36,616 bases of DNA from contig JACQXP010000195.1 of the NCBI GenBank assembly GCA_016208645.1, positions 1 to 36,616 of the forward strand, given 5' to 3'. The stretch comes from Candidatus Methylomirabilota bacterium. Its GTDB lineage: Bacteria; Methylomirabilota; Methylomirabilia; Methylomirabilales; 2-02-FULL-66-22. Positions 19,522-28,894 of the stretch are shown here, one piece after another. Below the pieces are notes generated by a model that did no database searches, was not told where the DNA came from, and saw only the letters and a program-made list of their open reading frames with translations. Positions within the stretch are counted from its first letter, which is position 1. Each line of letters opens with the position of its first letter. The translations under genes were made by a program, and so were the position numbers.

Positions 19522-19622
19522 GCGAACCCATACCTCCTGCACGCGGCTGTGAATTTGGAACGGCTGCCCCACCCTCCCCCAGGGGGAGGCTGGCTCAGGC
19601 GTAGCGAGACGACCATGCCGTC

Positions 19623-20252
19623 TCAGCGCGAAACGGGAATTGGCTGCTCCGTGGATGGGCGGAGCGCGGCAATCGCCTCCATGAGCTGACGGCCGAAGGT
19701 CTCGACAGCCTCGCGGTCCGCCCGCGCGCCTCCGGCGAATCGAAGCGGCGGACCGAACCGGACCCGCAACGGCACGCGGCGAAGCCGCCGGCCCCCCCGG
19801 GGGAGGACCTGCTCTGCCCCCCAGTGAAACACCGGGACCACCGGCACCCCGGAACGGGCAGCCACCACGGCGATCCCGGCCTTGGCAGGTCCCAGGGTCC
19901 GGCCGTCCCCCCGGGTGCCTTCGGGAAACATCAGGACCACCTGCCCGTGTGCCAGCAGGGCGAGCGTGCGCTTCAGTGTGGAGGGGTCAACGCGCTCCCG
20001 CGTGACGGGGTAGGCCTGAAGTCCGCGAAGAATCCACCCCACCAGGGGGTTTCGAAACAGCTCCTTCTTGGCCATGAAGTGGGCCCGGCGGCGGATCGAG
20101 ATCCCGACCAGCACCGGGTCCACGTAACTCACGTGGTTGGGTGCCAGGATCGCCGGCCCGGCCTGGGGAACATGCTCCAGCCCCTCGACCTGTAGCGCGA
20201 AAAAGGCGAGGGCGATCCAGCGGCTCAGCCAATACCCGATCGCGTAGATCAT
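19623..20252 (-). CDS. plsC: 1-acyl-sn-glycerol-3-phosphate acyltransferase
   Basis: NHVSYVD, FMAKKELF and FPEGTR. Confidence 0.9.
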   Translation of the reverse strand: MIYAIGYWLSRWIALAFFALQVEGLEHVPQAGPAILAPNHVSYVDPVLVGISIRRRAHFMAKKELFRNPLVGWILRGLQAYPVTRERVDPSTLKRTLALLAHGQVVLMFPEGTRGDGRTLGPAKAGIAVVAARSGVPVVPVFHWGAEQVLPRGGRRLRRVPLRVRFGPPLRFAGGARADREAVETFGRQLMEAIAALRPSTEQPIPVSR

Positions 20253-20291
20253 CCCGTGCGGTCACCCCACGGAGCGCCGCGACGGAGCGTG

Positions 20292-20320
20292 ATGATACAC
20301 AGGCACTCCCACCGAGGCAA
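20292..20320 (-). promoter_or_regulatory. Sigma70 promoter for plsC-rpsA
   Basis: TTGCCT-N17-TATCAT. Confidence 0.55.
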
Positions 20321-20348
20321 GGAAAAAATTCCCTATCTCCAAAGAAAT

Positions 20349-21044
20349 TCAGGAGTTATCCGGTTTCAGGACATGCTGGACCGCCCCCAGCATGGCCCGC
20401 AGGACCCCGTCGGCGTCCAGGGCGGTCGAATCGATCCGGATGGCGTCGGCGGCGACGGTGAGCGGGGAGCTCTCACGGCCCCGATCGCGCTCGTCCCGGC
20501 GGGCCACCTCGGCCCGCACCGCCTCGAGCTCGACCGGGGTTCCCACCCGCCGCAGATCTTCGAGGCGGCGCGCTGCCCGCACCGTCAGGTCGGCGTCCAG
20601 ATAGAATTTCAGATCGGCCTCGGGAAAGACCACGGTCCCGATGTCCCGGCCGTCCATGACGATGCCGCCCTCCTTCGCCATGGCCCGCTGGAGCGCCACC
20701 AGACGCCTGCGGATCTCGGGAAGGGTGGACACCACGGAAGACGCCTCGTCCATCTCCGGCGTCCGCAGGGCGGCCGTGACGTCCTGGCCGTCCACCAGCA
20801 CCCGGGGCCCCTCCGGAGCCGCCACCACCCGGATGTCCGTGGCGAGGGATAGACCCGCCAGGCGCTCCCGATCGTGGAGGCCCACGCCGGCGTGAATCGC
20901 CTTCCAGCCCATGGCCCGGTACATCGCGCCGCTGTCAATATAGATGTAGTCGAGGGCCTTGGCGAGGCGACGCGCGGCCGTGCTCTTGCCCGCGCCGACG
21001 GGGCCGTCTATGGCGATCACCAGACGCCGCTTCCGCTCATCCAT
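20349..21044 (-). CDS. cmk: Cytidylate kinase
   Basis: IAIDGP.GAGKST, DSGAMYRA and DGRDIGTVVFP.A.LK. Confidence 0.96.
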   Translation of the reverse strand: MDERKRRLVIAIDGPVGAGKSTAARRLAKALDYIYIDSGAMYRAMGWKAIHAGVGLHDRERLAGLSLATDIRVVAAPEGPRVLVDGQDVTAALRTPEMDEASSVVSTLPEIRRRLVALQRAMAKEGGIVMDGRDIGTVVFPEADLKFYLDADLTVRAARRLEDLRRVGTPVELEAVRAEVARRDERDRGRESSPLTVAADAIRIDSTALDADGVLRAMLGAVQHVLKPDNS

Positions 21045-21072
21045 CGCGAGTAGAAGCCACCCAACCATTTCA

Positions 21073-21168
21073 CCGCAGATTCCGCAGACCCCCCTCCCCC
21101 TCCCTCCCCCTCAGAGGGGGTAGGGCTCGGGTGGTGGTGAAATCTGCACAGTCTGCGTACTCTGCGGA
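21073..21168. repeat. 9-mer tandem inverted repeat enclosing a C/G-run hairpin
   Basis: CCGCAGATT CCGCAGA ... CCCTCCCCCTC/GAGGGGGTAGGG ... TCTGCACAG TCTGCGTAC TCTGCGGA. Confidence 0.65.
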
Positions 21169-21174
21169 TCCCTT

Positions 21175-22515
21175 TCAGTCTCCGACTTCGCGGATGCCGC
21201 AATCGGGGGCCACCTCCAGGAGGAGGCGCGCAAAACCCGGGAACGAGGTCTCGACGCAGGCGACGTCCTGGATCCGGGTTTCCCCTTCCGCGAAGAGACC
21301 CGCCACGGCCAGGCTCATGGCCATGCGGTGATCCCCGCGACTGGAGACGAGGGTGCCGCGTGGCCGCCGGCCCCCCAGGATGCGCAGGCGGTCCCGCTCC
21401 TCGCTGACCTGCACCCCCAACTTGGCCAGCTCCCCGGCCAGGGCGGACAGCCGGTCCACCTCCTTGACGCGAAGTTCGGCCGCCCCCGAGATGACGGTCT
21501 CCCCCTCGGCGAGGGCGGCGGCCACCGCCAGGGCCGGAATCTCATCCAGGAGCCGCGGGATCAGATCGGACTCGATCGCCGTCCCCCGGAGATGCGCACC
21601 CCGCACGTGGATGTCGGCCACCGGCTCGCCCGCCTCGTTCCGCTGGCGCGCCTGGGTGATCGTCGCCCCCATGGCGGCCAGCACCTCCAGGGCGCCGGCG
21701 CGCGTCGGATTCACCCCGACATCCCGGATGAGCAGCTCGGCCCCGGGCCGGGCCGCCGCGGCCACCACGAAGAAGGCGGCCGAGGACAGGTCTCCCGGGA
21801 TGGAGAGGCTGGCCGCGGCCAGGCGTGCCTTCCCGGGAACGCTGACGGTAGTTCCCCGCCGCTGCGGGACGACGCCGAAGGCCGTGAGCATCCGCTCGGT
21901 GTGGTCCCGGGAGAGCATCGGCTCCGTCACGCTGGTCTCACCCAGAGCCTGGAGGCCGGCCAGGAGAATGGCCGATTTGACCTGGGCGCTGGCCACGGGG
22001 GTCTTCCAGGCAATGCCGGACAGCTCCGCTCCCCGGATGGCCAGCGGCGGATACCGGCCGGCCTCGCGCCCCAGGAGCGTCGCGCCCATGGCCGCCAGCG
22101 GCTCCACCACCCGGCGCATGGGACGGCGCCGCAGCGAGGCGTCGCCGGTGAGAATGCTGAAGAACGGCCGTCCCGCCAGGAGACCCGCCAGAAGACGAAG
22201 GCTCGTCCCGGAATTCCCGGCATCCAGGATCGTCTCGGGTTCGCGCAGGGCGTCCGGTCCCCGGCCCACGATCCGCACGCACCCGTCGGGCGCCTCCAGG
22301 ATCTCCGCTCCCAGGGCCCGCAGGGCATGCAGGGTCGCCAGACAGTCCTGGCTCCGCAGGAACCCGCGGATCTCCGTTGTCCCGTGCGCCATGGCCCCGA
22401 GCAGGAGGCTGCGGTGCGAGATGGACTTGTCGCCCGGCACGCCGATGGCGCCCTCGAGCCGGTCGGCCGCATGCAGGACCCAGGATCGCATCGCCTCTGG
22501 TTCAGCCTTCGTCAT
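21175..22515 (-). CDS. aroA: EPSP synthase (class II)
   Basis: PGDKSISHR, GNSGT, RRPM.R, SAQVKSA, RDHTE, LRVKE.DR and DHRMAM. Confidence 0.97.
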   Translation of the reverse strand: MTKAEPEAMRSWVLHAADRLEGAIGVPGDKSISHRSLLLGAMAHGTTEIRGFLRSQDCLATLHALRALGAEILEAPDGCVRIVGRGPDALREPETILDAGNSGTSLRLLAGLLAGRPFFSILTGDASLRRRPMRRVVEPLAAMGATLLGREAGRYPPLAIRGAELSGIAWKTPVASAQVKSAILLAGLQALGETSVTEPMLSRDHTERMLTAFGVVPQRRGTTVSVPGKARLAAASLSIPGDLSSAAFFVVAAAARPGAELLIRDVGVNPTRAGALEVLAAMGATITQARQRNEAGEPVADIHVRGAHLRGTAIESDLIPRLLDEIPALAVAAALAEGETVISGAAELRVKEVDRLSALAGELAKLGVQVSEERDRLRILGGRRPRGTLVSSRGDHRMAMSLAVAGLFAEGETRIQDVACVETSFPGFARLLLEVAPDCGIREVGD

Positions 22516-22540
22516 TCGACATTCGTCATTCGATATTTCG
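22508..22540. repeat. Heptamer tandem repeat (TTCGWYA)x4 at the miaA/aroA junction
   Basis: TTCGTCA TTCGACA TTCGTCA TTCGATA TTTCG. Confidence 0.8.
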
Positions 22541-23480
22541 TGGCAGCTTGCGGTTGAGCCAGCCGCCCGAGAAGCTGCTCCGCCAGCGGCTCAATCCACT
22601 CCCAGCCGCGAACCGTCACCCACAGGGCTGCCGGCTCTCGCCGAAACCAGGTGAGCTGTCGCCGGGCGTAGTTGCGGGTCGCCCGCTGCATGGCCGTCAG
22701 CGCCTCCACCTCTGATAGTCGCCCCTCTAGGTGCGCCACGGCCTGGCGATATCCCAGCGACTTCAGCGTCCGGAGATCCGGCCCGTAGCCCGCGGCCAGG
22801 AGCCGGCGGACCTCCTCCAGGAGCCCCCCCTCCCACATGCGCCGGGCGCGCTCGTCGATCAGCCGGTACAGCTCCTCCCGCTCCCGGTTCAAGACGAGGA
22901 GGGCCGACACGGCCACGCGCGGTGGTTCCCAGAGGTCCGGCCGGATCTCCGAGGGGGGCCGCCCCGTCATCTCCAGGAGCTCCAACGCCCGGATGGTCCG
23001 GAACAGGTCCCTGGGATGGACCCGCACGGCCGTGGCGGGATCGAGAGCGCGGAGGCGGTCGTGCAGCGCCTGGGTCCCCAGCGCCTCCGCCTCCCGGGTG
23101 AGACGGGCACGGATCGCCGGGTCGCCGCCGGTCCCGGCCAGCCGCCCCTTCAGGAAGGCGCGGAGGTACAGGCCCGTCCCTCCGACGAGGATCGGCCGGC
23201 GACCCCGCCGCCGGATCTCCTCCACCAGCGCGTGGGCGCGAGCGGCGAACGCGGAGGCGGAGAAGGTCTCCGTCGGATCGCAGAGATCCAGGAGGTGGTG
23301 CGGGACGGCCGCCCGCTCCGCAGGCGAGGGTTTGCCCGTGCCCACGTCCATCCCGCGGTACACCTGCATGGAGTCTGCGACGATGATCTCGCCCGGGGCC
23401 TGCCGGGCCAGGGCCAGGGCCAGGGCTGACTTGCCTACGGCCGTGGGACCCGTGATGAGGAGGACGCCGTCGAGTGGAAT
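22512..23480 (-). CDS. miaA: tRNA dimethylallyltransferase (start uncertain, possibly ATT)
   Basis: GPTAVGKS, DSMQVYRGMD.GT.KP, VGGTGLY and TR.YA.RQ.TWF. Confidence 0.93.
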   Translation of the reverse strand: MPLDGVLLITGPTAVGKSALALALARQAPGEIIVADSMQVYRGMDVGTGKPSPAERAAVPHHLLDLCDPTETFSASAFAARAHALVEEIRRRGRRPILVGGTGLYLRAFLKGRLAGTGGDPAIRARLTREAEALGTQALHDRLRALDPATAVRVHPRDLFRTIRALELLEMTGRPPSEIRPDLWEPPRVAVSALLVLNREREELYRLIDERARRMWEGGLLEEVRRLLAAGYGPDLRTLKSLGYRQAVAHLEGRLSEVEALTAMQRATRNYARRQLTWFRREPAALWVTVRGWEWIEPLAEQLLGRLAQPQAATKYRMTNVE

Positions 23481-23505
23481 GGCGAGAGGCTCCTGCGGTG
23501 GAGGT

Positions 23506-23856
23506 TCAGGGAAGGAGTGCGCGTTGCTCGATACGGAAGTGGAGGTCGTAGCGAACCCTCGGGAGCTCCACGGGTGCCACCCAGTTGATCCGGACCACCA
23601 GATGGGGCCCCTCCCGGGTGAACTGGATATCCTCGTCGGCAAGATCGAGGCCCGCCTCCCGCGCCTGCCGCAGGAGATCGGCCCGCGCCTTGTCCTCCCC
23701 GCCCCGCCCCACGGCGGCCATGGCCGCCTCCTTCACCGGATCCTGCAGGCTCAGATAGGTCCAGTAGGGCGGGACGAACTTGACGGCCAGGTAGATTCCG
23801 ATCGCCACCAGCAAGAGGAACAGTAAGGCCCCGAGGCCTATCCTCCCCGGGGCCAT
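23506..23856 (-). CDS. Small membrane-anchored hypothetical protein (DUF4845-like)
   Basis: One N-terminal hydrophobic helix followed by KFVPPY; 116 aa. Confidence 0.65.
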   Translation of the reverse strand: MAPGRIGLGALLFLLLVAIGIYLAVKFVPPYWTYLSLQDPVKEAAMAAVGRGGEDKARADLLRQAREAGLDLADEDIQFTREGPHLVVRINWVAPVELPRVRYDLHFRIEQRALLP

Positions 23857-23941
23857 CCCGTCACGTCGTGGTCCCTCGGACTGCCAGGAACCGGCCGCGT
23901 CCCCGTCGTTCAGCGCACGCCCTCCCGGTGCGGGCCGCCGG

Positions 23942-24940
23942 CTACCGGCGGCCTTTCAGCCAGCTCATCATCCCGCGTAGCTCCTTCCCCACGACCTCGA
24001 TGGGGTGGTCGGCGTCCTTCTTGCGCATGGCGTAGAAGCTGGGGCGGCCCGCCTGATTCTCCAGGATCCACTCCCGGGCGAACTGGCCGTTCTGGATCTC
24101 GTCCAGGATCTTCCGCATCTCGGCCTTGACGCCGTCATTGATGACCCGCGGGCCCCGGCTGTAGTCGCCGTACTCGGCCGTGTCGCTCACCGAGTAGCGC
24201 ATGTAGGCCAGGCCCCCCTGGTACATCAGATCCACGATCAGCTTCAGCTCGTGCAGCACCTCGAAGTAGGCCAGCTCGGGCTGGTAGCCGGCGGCCACCA
24301 GCGTCTCGAATCCCGCCTTGACCATCGCCGATATCCCGCCGCAGAGCACCGTCTGCTCCCCGAACAGATCGGTTTCGGTCTCTTCCTTGAAGGTCGTCTC
24401 CAGGACGCCCGCCCGCGTGCAGCCGATCCCCCTGGCATAGGCCAGGGCCATCTCCTTGGCCTTGCCCGAGGGGTTCTGGTACACCGCCACCAGGGCCGGC
24501 ACCCCCGAGCCTTCGGTGTACACCTGCCGCATCATGTGGCCCGGCGCCTTGGGAGCCACCATGGAGACGTCCACGTCGGGGGGCGGCATGATCTGGTTGA
24601 AGTGGATGTTGAAGCCGTGGGCGAACATCAGGGTCTTGCCCGGTGTCAGGGCCCGGGCAATGCTGTCTTCATAGACCTGCTTGTGGGTCTGGTCGGGCAG
24701 CACGATCATGATCACCTGGGACGCCTCGGCGGTCTCCTGGACCGTCCCGACCTTCAGGCCGTCCGCCTTGGCCTTGTCCCAGGACTTGCTGCCCTTGTAG
24801 AGGCCCACCATGACCTCCAGACCGCTGTCCCGGTGGTTCAGGGCGTGGGCATGCCCCTGGCTTCCATAGCCGATGATCCCGATCGTCTTCCCCTTCAGCA
24901 GCCCGAGATCCGCGTCCTTGTCGTAATAGAGCTTGGCCAT
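23942..24940 (-). CDS. ilvC: Ketol-acid reductoisomerase
   Basis: [33 protein letters not shown] and SDTAEYG. Confidence 0.97.
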   Translation of the reverse strand: MAKLYYDKDADLGLLKGKTIGIIGYGSQGHAHALNHRDSGLEVMVGLYKGSKSWDKAKADGLKVGTVQETAEASQVIMIVLPDQTHKQVYEDSIARALTPGKTLMFAHGFNIHFNQIMPPPDVDVSMVAPKAPGHMMRQVYTEGSGVPALVAVYQNPSGKAKEMALAYARGIGCTRAGVLETTFKEETETDLFGEQTVLCGGISAMVKAGFETLVAAGYQPELAYFEVLHELKLIVDLMYQGGLAYMRYSVSDTAEYGDYSRGPRVINDGVKAEMRKILDEIQNGQFAREWILENQAGRPSFYAMRKKDADHPIEVVGKELRGMMSWLKGRR

Positions 24941-24953
24941 GGGTCTCCTCGTC

Positions 24954-25517
24954 TCACTCGGCGACGGCCTGCTTCCGGCCGGCCAGGCGCAGCCGGCCCT
25001 CTTCCCGCTTGGTGATGGTCTTGCTCCCCCGGGCGATGGCCAGGATCCCGCTCCGCACCACCTCCTGGATGCCGAAGGGCTGCAGCAGCTCCAGCACGGC
25101 TTCGATCTTGCCCGCCTCCCCGGTGATCTCCAGGGTGTAGGTGGTGGGGGTGACGTCCACCACCCGGCCGCGGAAGATCTCGGCGATGCGCAGGATCTCC
25201 GCCCGGTTGACCGGCTCGGCGTTGACCCGCACGAAGATCATTTCGCGGCCCACGTGGGATTCGTCTGTCAGGTCCACGACCTTGATCACGTCGATGATGC
25301 GATGGAGCTGCTTGACCACCTGCTCCATCACCCACTCGTCCCCGTGCACCGACAGGGTCATGCGCGAGACCGTGGCGTCCGGCGTCTCCGCCACGGACAG
25401 GCTGTCGATGTTGTAGCCCTTGGCCGCGATCAGGGAGGCGATCTTGGCCAGGACGCCCTGGTGGTTCTCCACCAGGATGGCCAGGGTATGCTTGCGGTAG
25501 TGCTTGGGATCGGTCAT
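24954..25517 (-). CDS. ilvN: Acetolactate synthase small subunit
   Basis: ACT domain LVEN..GVL..I, NIDSLSV and KQL...IDVIKV. Confidence 0.93.
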   Translation of the reverse strand: MTDPKHYRKHTLAILVENHQGVLAKIASLIAAKGYNIDSLSVAETPDATVSRMTLSVHGDEWVMEQVVKQLHRIIDVIKVVDLTDESHVGREMIFVRVNAEPVNRAEILRIAEIFRGRVVDVTPTTYTLEITGEAGKIEAVLELLQPFGIQEVVRSGILAIARGSKTITKREEGRLRLAGRKQAVAE

Positions 25518-25559
25518 GGCGTCCGCCCTCAGCGCCAGCTCCACGGTGAGGCGCAGGCC

Positions 25560-27293
25560 TCACCGCCAGCCTTGGAAGAGCTTATCGGGAATCGGCTCGT
25601 CGGTGTCGATGATGTCCCTGATGGCGGAGCCGGCCGGGATCATGGGGTAGCAGTTCTCCTCCCGCTCGCACACCAGGTCCACCACCACGGGTCCCGGCGT
25701 GCTGACGGCCTTCTCGATGAGGGGCCGCACGTCCCCGGGCCGTTCCGCCCGGAGCCCCACGGCACCACAGGCCTCGGCCAGCTTGACGAAATCCGGCTGG
25801 ATCTCCAGGTCCACCTGGGAGTACCGCTTGCCGTAGAACAGCTCTTGCCACTGCCGGACCATCCCCAGGTACCGGTTGTTGACGAGGAAGATCTTCACCG
25901 GGAGGTTGTACTGCACGCAGGTGATCAGGTCCTGCATGGTCATCTGGAAGCTGCCGTCCCCGTCGATGTCGATGACCAGCTTGTCGGGGAAGGCCGCCTG
26001 GGCCCCCAGGGCCGCGGGGAACCCGAAGCCCATGGTCCCCAGGCCGCCGGAGGTGATGAAGCGGCGCGGCTGATGACCGCGGTAGTACTGCGCGGCCCAC
26101 ATCTGGTGCTGCCCCACCCCGGTGGCGACGATGGGATCGTGCTCCTCGGTCACCTTGTAGATCTGCTCGATGGCGTACTGCGGCTTGATGGCCGCATCCG
26201 GGGCCTGGTGGTACCGCAGCGGATGGGTCCGCTGCCACTCGGCGATCTGGCCGTACCACTCTTCCAGATCCTTCCGCCAGTCACGCTTGATCTTCCGAAG
26301 CTCGGCGTTCAGCTGGGTCAGGACCCGCTTCACGTCGCCGACGATCGGCACGTCCACGTGCACGTTCTTGCGAATAGAGGTGGGATCGATGTCCACGTGG
26401 ATGATCTTGCAGTTCTTCGCGAACTCCGACAGCTTGCCCGTGACGCGGTCGTCGAAGCGTGGGCCGATGGCGATCATGAGATCCGTGTGGACCATGCACA
26501 TGTTCGCCGTGTAGGTCCCGTGCATCCCCAGCATCCCCAGCCACAGCGGGTGGGAGGTGTCCAGGGCCCCCAGCCCCATGAGGGTGAGCGTGGTCGGAAT
26601 CTGGGTCAGGTTCACCAGCTCGGTCAGCTCGGCCGAGGCATCCGCGTGGATGATCCCGCCGCCGCCGTAGATGACCGGCCGCCTGGCCGCGGCGATGAGT
26701 TCGACCGCCTTCCGGATCTGGCCCGGGTGTCCGTTCACCGACGGGTTGTAGCCCCGGATGGAGACCTCCTCGGGGTACCCCTTGAACTCCGCCCGGCCCA
26801 TGATGATGTCCTTGGGCAGGTCCACCAGGACCGGTCCCGGCCGGCCGCTCCGCGCGATGTGGTAGGCCTCCTTGATGATGCGGGGAAGCTCTTCCGTTTT
26901 GAGGGCCAGGAAGTTGTGCTTGGTGCAGGTCCGGGTGGTCCCGACCACGTCGGCTTCCTGGAAGGCATCACAGCCCATCACGGCCGTGGGGACCTGCCCC
27001 GTGAAGACCACGATGGCCATGGAATCCATGAGGGCGTCGGTCAGGCCGGTCACCGTGTTGGTCGCGCCCGGTCCCGAGGTCACAATGGCCGTGCCGGTCT
27101 GCCCGCTGGCCTTGTAGTAACCCTCCACGGCGTGAATGGCGACCTGTTCGTGCCGACACAGGATGTGCCGGAGCGGATAGTCCAGCATGACGTCGTAGCC
27201 GTGCAGGATGGCCCCGCCCGGGTGGCCGAAGGCGGTATGCACCCCCTCGGCCTGGAGACATTTCATGAAGATCTCGGAACCCGTCACTCGCAT
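25560..27293 (-). CDS. ilvB: Acetolactate synthase large subunit
   Basis: FG.PGGA, RHEQ, TSGPGATN, RFDDRVTG, GVGQHQMW, GDGSFQM and LGMVRQWQ. Confidence 0.97.
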   Translation of the reverse strand: MRVTGSEIFMKCLQAEGVHTAFGHPGGAILHGYDVMLDYPLRHILCRHEQVAIHAVEGYYKASGQTGTAIVTSGPGATNTVTGLTDALMDSMAIVVFTGQVPTAVMGCDAFQEADVVGTTRTCTKHNFLALKTEELPRIIKEAYHIARSGRPGPVLVDLPKDIIMGRAEFKGYPEEVSIRGYNPSVNGHPGQIRKAVELIAAARRPVIYGGGGIIHADASAELTELVNLTQIPTTLTLMGLGALDTSHPLWLGMLGMHGTYTANMCMVHTDLMIAIGPRFDDRVTGKLSEFAKNCKIIHVDIDPTSIRKNVHVDVPIVGDVKRVLTQLNAELRKIKRDWRKDLEEWYGQIAEWQRTHPLRYHQAPDAAIKPQYAIEQIYKVTEEHDPIVATGVGQHQMWAAQYYRGHQPRRFITSGGLGTMGFGFPAALGAQAAFPDKLVIDIDGDGSFQMTMQDLITCVQYNLPVKIFLVNNRYLGMVRQWQELFYGKRYSQVDLEIQPDFVKLAEACGAVGLRAERPGDVRPLIEKAVSTPGPVVVDLVCEREENCYPMIPAGSAIRDIIDTDEPIPDKLFQGWR

Positions 27294-27402
27294 GGGATCG
27301 CCCCTCCCGCCGGGCGCGAGGATCGCTCGTGCCGGCCAGTGTGGATGGATGCCCGCCCGGCCGTCCACCGGTAGGACCTAGGGGCGGGTTTGTGAAGCCC
27401 GC

Positions 27403-27431
27403 TTAGTACCACAGGACCGGGCCTCCGTCAA
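27403..27431 (-). promoter_or_regulatory. Putative ilvB promoter
   Basis: TTGACG-N17-TACTAA with an extended TG. Confidence 0.5.
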
Positions 27432-27715
27432 CTAAAAATTCGAATTGGGGGCAGGGACGACGCGAAGTTAGAGGGGCGGGGCCGGCAGATCAGTGCACAC
27501 CGAGTTGACAATCCCGGACCCATCTGTTAGAGGGGATCGAAAAGCACGGCGGCCGCATCTGGGCCGATCGCGCTCCAACTCCGGGGCCGCCGGTCCGTCG
27601 AAGCATTCGCCCGCCTGACCGCCCAGGAACAACTTGAGCTGGCCTGTCGGAACGTCCTGGCTGTCCTGGCCATGGCCCGCGCCCGCTTCGAGCGAACGCG
27701 GCTGGAGGCCTAGCC

Positions 27716-28183
27716 GTGCCTAAATCATCGGCGCAACGTCGCCACCCACGCCATCCGCTGGTGCTCTCGATCCTGAACAAATCGAAGGACCCCGCCCCCG
27801 CCAAAGTCGGGGTGGGATGGACGCGCGACGTGAGCGACGGGGGCGCCTGTCTGGAGTTGGCCGAGCCGCTCCAGCCCGCCACACCGCTCAGTGTGATCCT
27901 CCAGACGGACCAGGGGAGCCTCGGGGTGGAGGGAAAGGTCGTATGGGTCGGCGGGCCGGTGGCCGGCGGCGGAGGCGTCCTCCACGGCGTGGCCTTCCTG
28001 GACGCCACCCCGGAGCAGCTCCGGGCCCTGTGGAAGCTGGTTGCCCGAAAGGGCAAGGCGCGGCAGGCCGCCGTGCGCGTGCCCGTGAAACTCGCCATCC
28101 TGTGCCGGCCCAAGGGGGACGCGGGCCCGCCCCTCCAGGGAGAGACAGGGGACGTCAGCATACTCTATAGTTGGGCGACTTGA
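27716..28183 (+). pseudogene. PilZ-domain protein, second PilZ domain truncated
   Basis: QRRHPR and DVSDGG in domain 1. Domain 2 begins RQAAVR..TGDVS and then breaks into unrelated sequence. Confidence 0.75.
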
Positions 28184-28475
28184 CGGGTCGTGAGCGAGCC
28201 GCACGCGGAGTTCCCCGTTCATCACGCTATTCAAATGGAGGCTGTGATCGCCTTTGAGTCGTTTGTGGCTTGGTACCTGGAGTCCAGCGTCTGGAGCCAC
28301 GAGCGCTTCGGCAGTTGACGTCCCTCTACGATCCCTCGTATACTGCTCCCAATTCGGCTGATACCAGGGGTGCAGCGGGGGGCACCGGATTCCGGTGTGG
28401 CTCCTGCACCACGCCAGGCGGGGCAACTGGTCCTGAGCGCTCCATTGCGGTATACGGCAATCGGAGGAATTCAGC

Positions 28476-28721
28476 ATGGCACACACAGTACCGATTCCGC
28501 CACCGGGATTCGACGACCTTTCTATGGACGAGCAGGTCGAGTACGTTCAGTCGCTATGGGAGCGGATTTCCGCTCGCCCTGAGGATGTAGCCGTCCCCGA
28601 TTGGCACAGAGCAGTAATTCGGGAGCGTTTGGCGCAGCTTGATGCCAATCCCCAAGCCGGTCGCCCCTGGTCAGAGGTAAGAGGCGAATTGCTCCGAAAG
28701 CTCCGTGGCATCAAGCGATGA
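28476..28721 (+). CDS. Putative addiction-module antitoxin
   Basis: PPGFDDLS.DEQ.EYVQ.LW..I and VPDWH...ERL...PW.EV; GGAGG SD. Confidence 0.85.
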   Translation: MAHTVPIPPPGFDDLSMDEQVEYVQSLWERISARPEDVAVPDWHRAVIRERLAQLDANPQAGRPWSEVRGELLRKLRGIKR

Positions 28722-28894
28722 CGGTTGTCCGTAGCCGCGAGGCAGAGCGTGATATTGAAGAGGGGGCCTTCTGGTACGAGCAGCAGCGCGCGGGACTTGG
28801 AGTGGAGTTCGTTCTCGAACTCGATGTCGTGCTCGAACGTATCGAGTGTGAAGGGCCAAGCAGGAGAGCCCGCGGGCATTCAGACGGCCACTAA
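28718..28894 (+). pseudogene. RelE/ParE toxin, C-terminally truncated
   Basis: ATGA overlap with the antitoxin. EAERDIEE...WYEQQRAGLG.EF...LERIE is followed by 15 unrelated codons; 58 aa in total. Confidence 0.8.

Noticed and set aside
27294-27480. ilv attenuator leader peptide or T-box
   Set aside because: No Ile/Leu/Val-rich short ORF or terminator/antiterminator is visible.
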